From: an uncultured bacterium
Lineage (GTDB): Bacteria > Zixibacteria > MSB-5A5 > JAABVY01 > JAHJOQ01
Reading direction: 5' to 3'
Length of the DNA stretch: 64,000 bases
Assembly (NCBI GenBank): GCA_965369655.1
Contig: CBDUQR010000001.1
Location: forward strand, 1-64,000
Made by a program: the position numbers and the translations under genes
Notes under the pieces: model-generated
Databases searched by the model: none
What the model was told of the DNA's origin: nothing
The model's input: only the letters and a program-made list of their open reading frames with translations
In this document: positions 31,310 through 41,503 of the stretch, in pieces
Numbering within the stretch: position 1 is the first letter of the stretch
Layout of the letters: each line of letters starts with the position of its first letter

Positions 31310-32260
31310 TCATGAAACTTTGTCGTCCGGCTCTTTCTGACTCGGTTTGAAAATAATCGAGAGCAGAATGGCGACTGCCAGAGACAGGCCTATCACGCCG
31401 AGCGCGATGCTGTCCGGTATGGGATACAGCGATGACAGAAGCATTTTCACTCCCACGAATGAGAGTATGAACCCCAGGGCATATTTGAGGTAGAGGAAAA
31501 TTCTCATCAGTCCCGCGATTGCGAAGTAGAGCGCGCGCAGTCCGAGAATGGCGAAGACGTTCGATGTATAGACTATGAACGGATCGAGCGTAATGGCGAA
31601 AATGGCAGGTATCGAATCGACTGCGAAGACTATGTCGGTCGTTTCCACGACTACGAGAACAACAAGCAGTGGTGTTCCGAACAGGCGACCGCCCCGTCTG
31701 ATTAGAAACTTCCCGCGATCATAGTCTTCTGTTATGGGCAGTATCCTGCGCAAAAGACGCAGGATCGGATTCCTGCCGGGTTCGATCTCTTTGTTCTGTC
31801 CGAGTCCCATCTTGATGCCTGTGAAAACGAGGAATGCTCCAAATATGTAAAGCACCCAGTGAAACTGAGCTATGAGAAGAGTTCCAAGCAAGATAAAGAT
31901 TCCTCTGAACACCAGCGCACCGAGAATTCCCCATATCAGAACCTTGTACTGATACTTCGCAGGAACCTTGAAATAGGTGAATACAAGCAGGAAGACGAAG
32001 ATATTGTCAATGCTGAGAGATCGCTCGATCAGATATCCGGTGAAAAACTCCAGCGCGACTTCGGACCCGCGCCAGAAATAGACACCTACGTTGAAGATGA
32101 GGGCCACTACGATCCAGATAGCGCTCCAGATCAAGCCCTCTTTGATCGAGATCTCATGGTCCTTCCGATGGAACACTCCGAGGTCAATGGCGAGCATCAA
32201 CAGGACGAGTATGTTGAAACCGATCCAGAGGAAGTATTTGTTGGAGAGCAGTTCAACCAT
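31310..32260 (-). CDS. TerC/Alx family membrane protein
   Basis: GYLIERSLSIDNIFVF, ETTDIVFAVDSIPAI and SNVFAILGLRALYF. Confidence 0.95.
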   Translation of the reverse strand: MVELLSNKYFLWIGFNILVLLMLAIDLGVFHRKDHEISIKEGLIWSAIWIVVALIFNVGVYFWRGSEVALEFFTGYLIERSLSIDNIFVFLLVFTYFKVPAKYQYKVLIWGILGALVFRGIFILLGTLLIAQFHWVLYIFGAFLVFTGIKMGLGQNKEIEPGRNPILRLLRRILPITEDYDRGKFLIRRGGRLFGTPLLVVLVVVETTDIVFAVDSIPAIFAITLDPFIVYTSNVFAILGLRALYFAIAGLMRIFLYLKYALGFILSFVGVKMLLSSLYPIPDSIALGVIGLSLAVAILLSIIFKPSQKEPDDKVS

Positions 32261-32435
32261 TCAAGCGAGCACCAGTCAAGCCGGTCCATGATGTCGCGGG
32301 TGGCCGCGATCAGACATATAGCGGGCATCGATACATCAGCCCACTCGTTTCATGGCCGCCAATATACGGAAAGCCGTCATACTATCAACCATAATCGGAG
32401 TCAGAGGAACCTGAATCAGGCTATTGGGGGTGGAA

Positions 32436-33341
32436 TCAGCCTCGGATGATCTTGCCGACCATATCGGAGATCACAACGAGACCTACGAGTTTCGTCCCTC
32501 TCACGACAGGAACTCGGTAGATATCTTTGAAGAGCATCATTGCGGCTAACTCGGTAACCGAGGAATCCTCCTCAACAGGATAGATGTCGGTGCTCATCAG
32601 TTCCTTGACGGTGATTTTGTCCTCCATCTTGAGGAGATCCTCGAACGGCTCTGCTTCGTAGCTGAGGGCGAGATTTGTGATGAGAGATTTGTAGTCGGGC
32701 ATTGCCGCTCGTATCAGGTCACGATTGGTGATCTCCCCCAGGACATCCCCTTCGGCATTTACGACCGGCAGGCCGGATATCCTGTGCTTGAAAAGGAGAT
32801 TCGCGACCTCTTTGAGAGTGGTGTCAGGCGTGACAGTAACCGGATCTGCCTCCATGATATCTTTGGCCGTCAGCTCTTTCTTGAGCTCTATCCCTGATGA
32901 CGCTATCAGTTCGATAACATGTTCGGGAGTCTCAGCCCGCAGAATCGACGACCGATTCTCAGGATCACGTGCGAACGCGACGAGCCCCGACAGAGTCTGG
33001 AGATAGAATTTCGATATATTTTGCGGAGTCAGCATCAGGCACATTATCCTGAGCGGCTCGCCATCCATAGTATCATCACCCAAGCCAGTGGTCGAAATTC
33101 CAAGAGCCACATACATGCGATCAACCTTGTTGGTGCGAGCGTGGGGGAACGAGAAGCCCCTGCCGTACGATGTGTTCTCGACTTCCTCTCGTTCGAATAT
33201 CGAGTTCATTATGGACTGCCGTTCGAGTGACGGGTATTTGCTGACAATCAGGTCGAGCAACTCTACTATTGCCTCAGATTTTGAAGAAGCTTCGAGGTGG
33301 GTACTTATCAAATCGGGTTCGAGAAGTCTGGTTAGCTTCAT
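32436..33341 (-). CDS. PTS EIIA (Fru/Ntr-type) domain fused to a CBS pair
   Basis: ERE...GRGFSFPHAR with the phospho-acceptor His, followed by two CBS domains. Confidence 0.88.
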   Translation of the reverse strand: MKLTRLLEPDLISTHLEASSKSEAIVELLDLIVSKYPSLERQSIMNSIFEREEVENTSYGRGFSFPHARTNKVDRMYVALGISTTGLGDDTMDGEPLRIMCLMLTPQNISKFYLQTLSGLVAFARDPENRSSILRAETPEHVIELIASSGIELKKELTAKDIMEADPVTVTPDTTLKEVANLLFKHRISGLPVVNAEGDVLGEITNRDLIRAAMPDYKSLITNLALSYEAEPFEDLLKMEDKITVKELMSTDIYPVEEDSSVTELAAMMLFKDIYRVPVVRGTKLVGLVVISDMVGKIIRG

Positions 33342-33979
33342 GACTTATCCGTCCCATCGACTTCTTTGGAAGCGAGCATTTCGGTGGGACACGCTACCCC
33401 GCCGGAGACCAGGAATTTCACAGCCTCTTCCACCGGCATATCTGACTGCCTGATGTCCTCCTTCGGGATCATCGCCATAAACCCGGTAAATGGTGTCGGA
33501 GTTGACGGTATGAAAACGGCAATACGCTCACCATCTATTCCTCTTTTGTTAAGATCGACATTCTGCGCCAGAAATCCAATCACCCAGACTCCCTTTCTCG
33601 GATACTCCACGAAAGCAACCCGCTTGAAAGAAGACTTCGACCGGAGTGTGAAAGTTTCCAGAAGCTGCTTCGCCGGAGTGTAGACCGTTCTTACGACGGG
33701 AACCCTTGTCAGGAAGCTTTCCCAGGCACGAACGAGCCGACCACCGACGACACTCCGCGCAAGAATACCGACGATCAGCACCAGCAGAATAGTCACTGCG
33801 ATACCGAGCCCAGGTATTCTGTACCCGAGGTATTTTGTCACGATCGGATTCAGCATTCCATCGAGTTTGGAGAGCAGGTAGCTCAGTACCTGATAAGAGA
33901 TCACAAGTGGGACTGTAACGAGTAGTCCGGAGATGAAGCGGTTCCTGACCGTGCTGGCTATTGATCTGGCGACTGACAT
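33338..33979 (-). CDS. DUF502 family membrane protein
   Basis: FISGLLVTVP, VEYPRKG, FIPSTPTPFTGF and VSGG. Confidence 0.92.
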   Translation of the reverse strand: MSVARSIASTVRNRFISGLLVTVPLVISYQVLSYLLSKLDGMLNPIVTKYLGYRIPGLGIAVTILLVLIVGILARSVVGGRLVRAWESFLTRVPVVRTVYTPAKQLLETFTLRSKSSFKRVAFVEYPRKGVWVIGFLAQNVDLNKRGIDGERIAVFIPSTPTPFTGFMAMIPKEDIRQSDMPVEEAVKFLVSGGVACPTEMLASKEVDGTDKS

Positions 33980-34028
33980 ACGAACTGTCCGAAATATAAG
34001 AAACGGGACGGCATGTCAAGAGATTTGA

Positions 34029-35516
34029 TCACCCTCCGAAAACGGAAGCTGCCTTCTCCGCGAGAGACACAAACGGCTGCGGATAGCATCCGATGATTAT
34101 CGTGCAAAACGCGGTCACGGCAATCGTGGCATACAACAGCGGCGAAATCCGGACTTTGTCATCAGTTGTAGGCTCGATGAAATACATTTGACGAATAATG
34201 GATGCGTAGTAAAACAGTGCAATCACAGAGGTAAGTACACCTACAAGCACGAGCCAGAGATATCCTCCTGCTGCGATCACAGACGCGAAGACGTAGTACT
34301 TGGCGAGGAATCCAACCAGCGGTGGAATTCCCGCGAGAGACAACAGGAATATCGACATTGTCGCGGCGAGCACCGGTGATTTTCTCGCGAGACCCGCATA
34401 ATCTTTGATCTTGTCCGATCCGTAGTGGTGAGAGAACGCTATGGCGACCGCAAAAGCTCCCATGTTGGCGAACATGTAACCGAAGATATAGAACGACATC
34501 GACGATACTCCGAGATCCCATGGCCGGGTATTAGTGAGAGACACATAACTCGACATGGCGACAAGACCGATCAGGATGTACCCTACCTGAGCGATCGAAG
34601 AATACGCGAGCATTCTCTTGATATCAGATTGCAATACGGCTGAGATGTTGCCGACTATCATCGCGAGCGCCGCAAGCACTGCGATGACAATCCCCCAGTC
34701 ATCCATGAATGCATCGACTCCGAACGCACCGACCAAGATCCTGACGAGCGCCGCGAGTCCCGCAGCCTTGGAAGCTACTGACAGATATGACGTTATAGGA
34801 GTAGGCGCTCCCTGATAAACATCAGGCGCCCACATGTGGAACGGCACGACAGCCAGTTTGAAACTCAGCCCGGCGATAATCATCACCATGCCGAGGACAT
34901 GCACATCCCACGCGACTTTAATCAACCCTCTGCTGAGTTTCATCTGGAGAACATCGCGAATCTGGGCGAGATCGGTTGTCCCTGTGACGCCGTAGGTCAG
35001 ACTCATTCCGTACAAGAGAATCGCCGATGAGATAGCTCCGAGGATCAGATACTTAAGTCCCGCCTCCGCCGATTCAACCGCATTCTTGCGATACGCCGCG
35101 AGTACGAACAAGCCGATTGTTGTCAGTTCGAGCGCGACATACAGAGAAATCAACTCGCCAGCCGATGCGAGGAACATCATACCGACGGTTGTCAACAGGA
35201 TGAGGCCGTAGTACTCCCCTCGATTGTACTGTAGTCGGGACGTGAGCGAACCGGAACTGGCGACGGCAATCATTGTCGATGCTACAAATACAATCTTAAA
35301 AAAGAGGGCGAAACCATCAGAGATAAAAGAATTCCCAAAAGTCCGGCCTTCCGGCACAAGACAGATCAACACCAGGGTAATCGCGAGCCCGAGCAGGGAA
35401 ACATACGCGAGAATATCCTTCCTTCCCTTGAGGAAGAAGAGGTCTATGACAAAGACCAGAATCGCCCACAGGAAGAGGAACAACTCAGGCGTCAGCAGCG
35501 CGAAATCGGGAATCAT
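34029..35516 (-). CDS. nuoN: Complex I subunit N
   Basis: EAGLKY, FKLAVVPFHMWAPDVYQGAP and KRMLAYSSIA. Confidence 0.97.
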   Translation of the reverse strand: MIPDFALLTPELFLFLWAILVFVIDLFFLKGRKDILAYVSLLGLAITLVLICLVPEGRTFGNSFISDGFALFFKIVFVASTMIAVASSGSLTSRLQYNRGEYYGLILLTTVGMMFLASAGELISLYVALELTTIGLFVLAAYRKNAVESAEAGLKYLILGAISSAILLYGMSLTYGVTGTTDLAQIRDVLQMKLSRGLIKVAWDVHVLGMVMIIAGLSFKLAVVPFHMWAPDVYQGAPTPITSYLSVASKAAGLAALVRILVGAFGVDAFMDDWGIVIAVLAALAMIVGNISAVLQSDIKRMLAYSSIAQVGYILIGLVAMSSYVSLTNTRPWDLGVSSMSFYIFGYMFANMGAFAVAIAFSHHYGSDKIKDYAGLARKSPVLAATMSIFLLSLAGIPPLVGFLAKYYVFASVIAAGGYLWLVLVGVLTSVIALFYYASIIRQMYFIEPTTDDKVRISPLLYATIAVTAFCTIIIGCYPQPFVSLAEKAASVFGG

Positions 35517-37010
35517 CTATCTCCCCACCAGATTGACAATGTTCTCGAGTGTAGCGGCCATAAGATTTGCTAATGGCTTGGGATATATACCGATTGCGAG
35601 CGTCAGGATCAGGAGCGGCGCAACGCAGAATATCTCTCTGGCGTTGATATCCGTTAATCCGTCCCATTTTGTATTGAACGGACCGAGGAATATCCTTTGT
35701 ACCATTCTCAGCATATATCCGGCTGTCAGGACGACGCCGATCACGCCTATGCCGGTGAGGATCGGATACTTTGCGAACCCGCCGACGAAGACGAGAAATT
35801 CCGATATGAATCCTGAGAGTCCCGGAAGTCCGAGCGACGCCATCGCGAAGAATGTCATCAACGATCCATAGACCGGTATCTTGGACCAGAGACCGCCGAA
35901 TGCCGCTATCTCGCGGGTATGAGCCCTGTCATAAAGCACGCCGACCAGAAGGAAGAGTGCGCCTGTTATCAGGCCATGAGAGAACATCTGGAACATGCAC
36001 CCGGATAAGCCGGTGATGAACGGCTTGCCGTCAATCGATATGAAGAATACCGACATGCCGAGCAGGCAGAAGCCCATATGCGACACCGACGAATACGCCA
36101 CGAGTTTTTTCAGGTCTTTCTGCGCCATCGACACCATTGCGCCGTAGATGATGCCGACCACTCCGAGGACAGCCAGCATCAGCGAGAAGTAGTTCGTGCC
36201 GAACGGCAACATCGGATATGATATTCGAAGTATACCATACGTTCCCATCTTAAGCAGCACGCCCGCAAGGATTACAGAGACTGCCGTGGGAGCCTCGACA
36301 TGAGCGTCGGGCAACCATGTATGGAACGGGAAGACCGGGACCTTGATTGCGAACGCGATGAAGAAGAATATCCAGACAAGTATCTGGAGGTCCTTGCCGA
36401 ACGTTGGACCGAGTCTGATCAATTCCATAATGCTCAGCGTATGCGGGTCGGTGTTGAAATACAGAAGCAGTATTCCGACCAGCATGAATATCGAACCGAA
36501 GAGCGTGTACAGGAAGAACTTGATCGCAGCGTAAATTTTCCTCGGACCTCCCCAGATGCCGATCAGGAAGTACATCGGTACGAGCATGATCTCCCAGAAT
36601 ACGTAGAAGAGGAAGAAATCGAGCGCAGCGAAAACGCCCATCATGCCAACTTCGAGCAGGAGGAAAAATACGAAATACTCTTTGACGCGATCCGTGATGT
36701 TGAACGAAGCGACTATCGAGATAAACGACAACAGCGCCGTCAGGAACAGCATCGGCACGGAGATGCCATCCGCTCCGAGATGATAGTGGACATTGAGCGA
36801 CGGAATCCATAAGTGCTGCTCGACAAATTGAAGCTGAGATGTCGTCCAGTCGTACTGAGCCAGCATGAGAAACGACAGAATCAGTGGTACGAGCGAGAAG
36901 AATGCGGCCGTATATCGTATCAACTGTACCTGTGATTGTTTAAGCATCATGACGACTATCATCCCGAGCAACGGGACAAATACCATCAAGGTCAGAAGCG
37001 GTATATCCAT
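35517..37010 (-). CDS. nuoM: Complex I subunit M
   Basis: KVPVFPFHTWLPDAHVEAPT, LLKMG and KKLVAYSSVSHMG. Confidence 0.97.
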   Translation of the reverse strand: MDIPLLTLMVFVPLLGMIVVMMLKQSQVQLIRYTAAFFSLVPLILSFLMLAQYDWTTSQLQFVEQHLWIPSLNVHYHLGADGISVPMLFLTALLSFISIVASFNITDRVKEYFVFFLLLEVGMMGVFAALDFFLFYVFWEIMLVPMYFLIGIWGGPRKIYAAIKFFLYTLFGSIFMLVGILLLYFNTDPHTLSIMELIRLGPTFGKDLQILVWIFFFIAFAIKVPVFPFHTWLPDAHVEAPTAVSVILAGVLLKMGTYGILRISYPMLPFGTNYFSLMLAVLGVVGIIYGAMVSMAQKDLKKLVAYSSVSHMGFCLLGMSVFFISIDGKPFITGLSGCMFQMFSHGLITGALFLLVGVLYDRAHTREIAAFGGLWSKIPVYGSLMTFFAMASLGLPGLSGFISEFLVFVGGFAKYPILTGIGVIGVVLTAGYMLRMVQRIFLGPFNTKWDGLTDINAREIFCVAPLLILTLAIGIYPKPLANLMAATLENIVNLVGR

Positions 37011-37033
37011 CGAAATCTCCTTCTATATCTCAA

Positions 37034-38959
37034 CTAGAACACATTCAGCATTATAGCCAGCGCCACCACCACACCGCCGAATATCACGAAGGCGTAGTTC
37101 TGTACTCTTCCTGTCTGCGCCTGTCGGATCATCGAGCCGACGCCCCAGATCGTGTACCCCGATCCGTTGACTATGCCGTCGACAACGTACCTGTCAAACA
37201 GGTCATGCAGCCACGACAGGAGAAGCGTGAGTCTGGCGACCCCGTTTACGATTCCATCGATGACCACGTTATCAAAACTCCACATGAATCTGCAGAATGC
37301 CAGCAGCGGTCTTATTATGATGAAATCATATATCTCATCGAAGTAATACTTGTTCAATAGAAGCGTATATATCGGTTTGAAACGTTCGCCCATTTTCTGC
37401 GGCGAGATCACGCCTTTGCCGTACATCAGCCAGCCCAACACAATGCCCGAACCGGCGACGATTGTCGAGACAAGCATCAGCAGGTAGTCGGCGTGGCCGT
37501 GATGAGGATGATGATGATAAACGAAGCTCCCGAAGCCTTTCGGCAGCCACGGCATGCCGACCCAGCCGGCGAATATCGCGAGAAACGCCAGAATCATCAG
37601 CGGGACGGTCATTGTCTTTGGAGACTCGTGAGCGTGATCGTAATACTCCTGCACGCGCGGCTTGCCGAAAAATGTCATGAAACAGAGCCGGGTCATATAG
37701 AACGCAGTCATGAATGCGACAGCAAGCGCGATAATCATAAAGATCGGATAGCCGTGCGTCGCCGCGATGATTTCGTCTTTTGACCAGAAACCTGAGAGCG
37801 GGAATATTCCCGCGAGCGACAGGGAGCCAATCAGGAACGTTACGGTAGTGATCTTCATCTTGCTCGCCAGTCCGCCCATGTCGCGGATATCCTGAGTGTG
37901 CGCCGCGTGAATCACACTTCCTGCTCCGAGGAAGAGAAGTGCCTTGAAAAATGCGTGTGTTGTGAGATGAAAGATGCCTGCGGTCATCGATCCAAGACCG
38001 ATCGCCATTATCATGTAGCCGAGCTGTGAACAGGTCGAATATGCAAGAACGCGTTTGATATCGTTTTGTACAAGTGCGATTGTCGCAGTCAAGAGCGCTG
38101 TGATTGCGCCGATGGTGGCAACGACCATCGCCGCCGAATCGGATGCTGCGAATATCGTCGCGCTGCGTGCCGCCAGGTAGACGCCTGCGGCGACCATTGT
38201 TGCGGCGTGAATCAGCGCCGAGACAGGAGTAGGACCCTCCATCGCGTCCGGCAGCCAGACATGCAGCGGGAACTGGGCTGATTTGCCTATGGCTCCGCAG
38301 AATATGAATATGCCGATCACGGCCAGGATACCTGTCGGAATATGACCCTGTTCAATCAACTCAAATACTTCGTGGTAATTCAACGTCCCGGCATAGGCGA
38401 CGAGCATCAGTATCCCGATGATAAATCCGAGATCGCCGATTCTCGTAGTGATGAATGCCTTCTTGCCCGCATCTGAAGCCGATTTCTTCTCGTAAAAGAA
38501 TCCGATCAGCAGGTACGAGGTCAGCCCGACCAACTCCCAGAAGATGAATATCATGAAGAAGTTGTTGGCAAGCACGAGGCCGAGCATCGAGAATGTGAAC
38601 AGCGACATGAACGAGAAGTACCGCGAGAATCTCGGATCGCCGTGCATGTAACCGATGGAATATATCTGCACAAGAGAGCTGACGATGCATACCACCATCA
38701 GCATGATCGCAGTCAGCGGATCGATCAGGATGCCGATTTCCAGGTGGAATCCGGCCAGCTCCAACCACTTGAATGACATCTCGAATGGCTCGGGGTTGCC
38801 GATCACTTCAATGAGAATCGCGATGGAATATGCCAGCCCCGCAAGAATCGCACCTATCGAAATCCAGGACGAGAGCTTTTCATTCCAGCGCGTGGCGAAG
38901 ATTATTATCACAAAAGCGAGAGCCGGTAGCGCCGGTATGATCCATGAATTCTCGAGCAT
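37034..38959 (-). CDS. nuoL: Complex I subunit L
   Basis: GKSAQFPLHVWLPDAMEGPTPVSALIHAATMV. Confidence 0.97.
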   Translation of the reverse strand: MLENSWIIPALPALAFVIIIFATRWNEKLSSWISIGAILAGLAYSIAILIEVIGNPEPFEMSFKWLELAGFHLEIGILIDPLTAIMLMVVCIVSSLVQIYSIGYMHGDPRFSRYFSFMSLFTFSMLGLVLANNFFMIFIFWELVGLTSYLLIGFFYEKKSASDAGKKAFITTRIGDLGFIIGILMLVAYAGTLNYHEVFELIEQGHIPTGILAVIGIFIFCGAIGKSAQFPLHVWLPDAMEGPTPVSALIHAATMVAAGVYLAARSATIFAASDSAAMVVATIGAITALLTATIALVQNDIKRVLAYSTCSQLGYMIMAIGLGSMTAGIFHLTTHAFFKALLFLGAGSVIHAAHTQDIRDMGGLASKMKITTVTFLIGSLSLAGIFPLSGFWSKDEIIAATHGYPIFMIIALAVAFMTAFYMTRLCFMTFFGKPRVQEYYDHAHESPKTMTVPLMILAFLAIFAGWVGMPWLPKGFGSFVYHHHPHHGHADYLLMLVSTIVAGSGIVLGWLMYGKGVISPQKMGERFKPIYTLLLNKYYFDEIYDFIIIRPLLAFCRFMWSFDNVVIDGIVNGVARLTLLLSWLHDLFDRYVVDGIVNGSGYTIWGVGSMIRQAQTGRVQNYAFVIFGGVVVALAIMLNVF

Positions 38960-38963
38960 ATTT

Positions 38964-39275
38964 CTACCACTTCATCAGGTTGATGCGGTCTACGAATATC
39001 TCCTTGAAATTTCTGTAAATCAGGAGAACGATCGCTAAGCCGACTGTCGCCTCAGCGGCGGCTATGGCAATCACAAACACGGCAAACACCTGGCCGGTGA
39101 TTGCGACCGGTTCTATAAACTTGGCGAATGCGACGAAATTGATATTGACGGCGTTGAACATCAGTTCGATCGACATCAATACAGCGATTGCATTCCGGCG
39201 CGTCAGAGCGCCATACATGCCGATTGAGAACAGCACTGCCGCGAGCGCCAGAAAATGTATCAGCCCGATCTGCAT
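38964..39275 (-). CDS. nuoK: Complex I subunit K
   Basis: [14 protein letters not shown] and [11 protein letters not shown]. Confidence 0.96.
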   Translation of the reverse strand: MQIGLIHFLALAAVLFSIGMYGALTRRNAIAVLMSIELMFNAVNINFVAFAKFIEPVAITGQVFAVFVIAIAAAEATVGLAIVLLIYRNFKEIFVDRINLMKW

Positions 39276-39797
39276 CTATTCACCATCCTTCTTAGCCAAT
39301 ACTACGGCGCCAATTAGTGCAACCAGCAGCAGTACAGACACTAACTCAAAAGGTAGTACGAAATCGGTCAAAAGGAGTTTGCCGAGCATATGGGGCGAAC
39401 TGCCGGTTACATACGGGTAGTCCGCCAGCGGGAATCCGCCTTTGACTACCATTGTCTTCAGAATCGATCCCACGATCATCAGCAGGAAGCAGAAAGCGAC
39501 GAGCGCACCGAGTGGACGCTGCTCATTCTCCTGCTTGATGCCGCTCTGCGCCATCCGAGCGGTGAGCATGACCGCGAAGATCATCAGTACCGCGACGCCA
39601 CCGGCATATACTAACACCTGTACAGCAGCGAGGAATTCGGCGTCAGCAATAATGAATATACCGGCGACTGCGAACAGGCAAAGCACAAGAAACAGCGCGG
39701 CGTGGAAAATATTCCTGACGGTGACAACCATTATTGCAGAAATGATCGTCACGAAAGCTATCACCCAGAATACTAATGACGCAGTCTCAGAAAGCAT
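39276..39797 (-). CDS. nuoJ: Complex I subunit J
   Basis: AEFLAAVQVLVYAGG and PFELVSVLLLVALIGAV. Confidence 0.96.
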   Translation of the reverse strand: MLSETASLVFWVIAFVTIISAIMVVTVRNIFHAALFLVLCLFAVAGIFIIADAEFLAAVQVLVYAGGVAVLMIFAVMLTARMAQSGIKQENEQRPLGALVAFCFLLMIVGSILKTMVVKGGFPLADYPYVTGSSPHMLGKLLLTDFVLPFELVSVLLLVALIGAVVLAKKDGE

Positions 39798-39798
39798 A

Positions 39799-40461
39799 TC
39801 AACTATCCAACGTCGAATCGGGTTTGTCAGGTTTCAGCGGAAGCTCTGCCTGTCTTGGCGGAGCCTCATCCATATTAGTCGATTTCGCATCCGTCGCATC
39901 AGCAGCGGGCTTTTCCTCAGTCTTTGCCAAAGCTTCGGGAACGGTCTTGTCAGTAGCTGCTTTTTCAGCAGGCTTGGCAGCCGGTTTGGCGACAGGCTTC
40001 TTCTTCGGCCTCGGAGTATATGGAACGTCTCTGCCAAGCTCCTGCAATCTGTTCATGTCGTAGATCAGTTCACTCTGATCGTATACCGAGAATTCATACA
40101 TCGTCGCCATCTTGAGCGCGGCAAAATTGCACGCCTCCTCGCAAAGTCCGCAGAAGCAGCATATTGTATTGTCAACGGTGAATGATGTTGGATACCAGCG
40201 CTTCTGCTCGTTCTTTTCGCGGTTGATAATAATCGCGGCCGTCGGGCATGCTTTCTGGCAGAGCATGCAGGCCGTACAATTGAGCTTGCCCGTCTCCTTA
40301 TCCGACAGCAGGACGACAATACCGCGCGAACGCTCCGGCATCTCCCATCTCTCATCAGGATACTGGAGAGTGACTGCTCTCTCCGGCAACCGTTTAGCGG
40401 TCACACCGAGTCCGAGGAGCAGATTGTAGATTCCGTCTTTGATGTCTTTGAGCAAAACCAT
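39799..40461 (-). CDS. nuoI: Complex I subunit I with an Ala/Lys/Pro-rich tail
   Basis: TLQYP, CTACMLCQKACP and CCFCGLCEEAC; start reassigned to ATG 40461. Confidence 0.94.
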   Translation of the reverse strand: MVLLKDIKDGIYNLLLGLGVTAKRLPERAVTLQYPDERWEMPERSRGIVVLLSDKETGKLNCTACMLCQKACPTAAIIINREKNEQKRWYPTSFTVDNTICCFCGLCEEACNFAALKMATMYEFSVYDQSELIYDMNRLQELGRDVPYTPRPKKKPVAKPAAKPAEKAATDKTVPEALAKTEEKPAADATDAKSTNMDEAPPRQAELPLKPDKPDSTLDS

Positions 40462-40465
40462 ATTT

Positions 40466-41503
40466 CTATCCGAACATCTCATTCCAGACATACCAGCCGA
40501 TTCCCGTGAGTATCAGATTCAGGAACGCCAGTGGCAGGAGCCATTTCCATGCGAATTCCATCAGGTGATCGACCCTGAGACGGGGATACGTCCATCTGAT
40601 CCACATCAGCACGAACACGATTGCAAGAGTCTTGATCAGGAACCAGAGCCACGACGGTAGTATCGGGCCGTTCCATCCGCCGAGGAACAACGTCGTGGCA
40701 ATCGCCGATACAGTGAACATGTTCAGGAACTCCGCCAGGAAGAACATGGCGAATTTCATCCCGGAGTATTCGACGTTGAACCCTGCGACCAACTCCTGTT
40801 CCGCTTCGGGAAGATCGAACGGAGTCCTGTTGGCTTCCGCAGTGGCTGCAATCATGTAAATCACAAACGCGAGCGGCTGTTTCCAGATGTACCAGTTCAG
40901 GATTCCATCCTGCTTGGCGACGATCCCCTGCATCGACATGGTCTCGGCGAGCATCAGGACGCCGAGTATCGACACGACCAGGGGGACCTCGTATGAAATC
41001 ACCTGCGCCGCCGAGCGCATTCCACCGAGCAGGGCCCACTTGTTGTTCGATCCCCAACCCGCCATCAGAAGGCTGATAACCGTAAATGTCGTAATTGCAA
41101 TTATGTAAAGGATTCCGATATTCAGATCAGCGGGGATGAGACCGTCACCCCAGGGGATAGCGACATACGCCATGAAGCAGGACGCGTAACAGATGACCGG
41201 CGCCCAGAAGAACACGGGACGATCAGCCTTCGCGGGTGTGATGTCCTCTTTCTGCAGGAGTTTGACGCCGTCCGCAAGAGTCTGAATGACGCCATGCCAG
41301 CCGACCCGCATCGGACCGAGACGATCCTGAATGTGCGCGGATACTTTTCTCTCCCACCAAACAAGAAACAGCGCCATCACTGACAACACGCCGAGCAGGA
41401 CAGCCGCAACCAGAAGATTCACCGTGATCGACAGCCAGACGCCCGAGAGGCCGATACTCTCCAGAAGCTCGCCGACTGCTTCAAAAATCCCGTAGAGTTC
41501 CAT
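40466..41503 (-). CDS. nuoH: Complex I subunit H
   Basis: ERKVSAHIQDRLGP and EANRTPFDLPEAEQELVAG. Confidence 0.97.
   Translation of the reverse strand: MELYGIFEAVGELLESIGLSGVWLSITVNLLVAAVLLGVLSVMALFLVWWERKVSAHIQDRLGPMRVGWHGVIQTLADGVKLLQKEDITPAKADRPVFFWAPVICYASCFMAYVAIPWGDGLIPADLNIGILYIIAITTFTVISLLMAGWGSNNKWALLGGMRSAAQVISYEVPLVVSILGVLMLAETMSMQGIVAKQDGILNWYIWKQPLAFVIYMIAATAEANRTPFDLPEAEQELVAGFNVEYSGMKFAMFFLAEFLNMFTVSAIATTLFLGGWNGPILPSWLWFLIKTLAIVFVLMWIRWTYPRLRVDHLMEFAWKWLLPLAFLNLILTGIGWYVWNEMFG

Noticed and set aside
32261-32400. Possible yybP-ykoY (Mn2+) riboswitch upstream of terC
   Set aside because: Expected from context, but I could not find the conserved core motifs; only generic hairpins. 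Infernal would settle it
39442-40185. 247-aa plus-strand ORF and similar ORFs across the nuo operon
   Set aside because: Antisense shadows of clearly identified nuo genes
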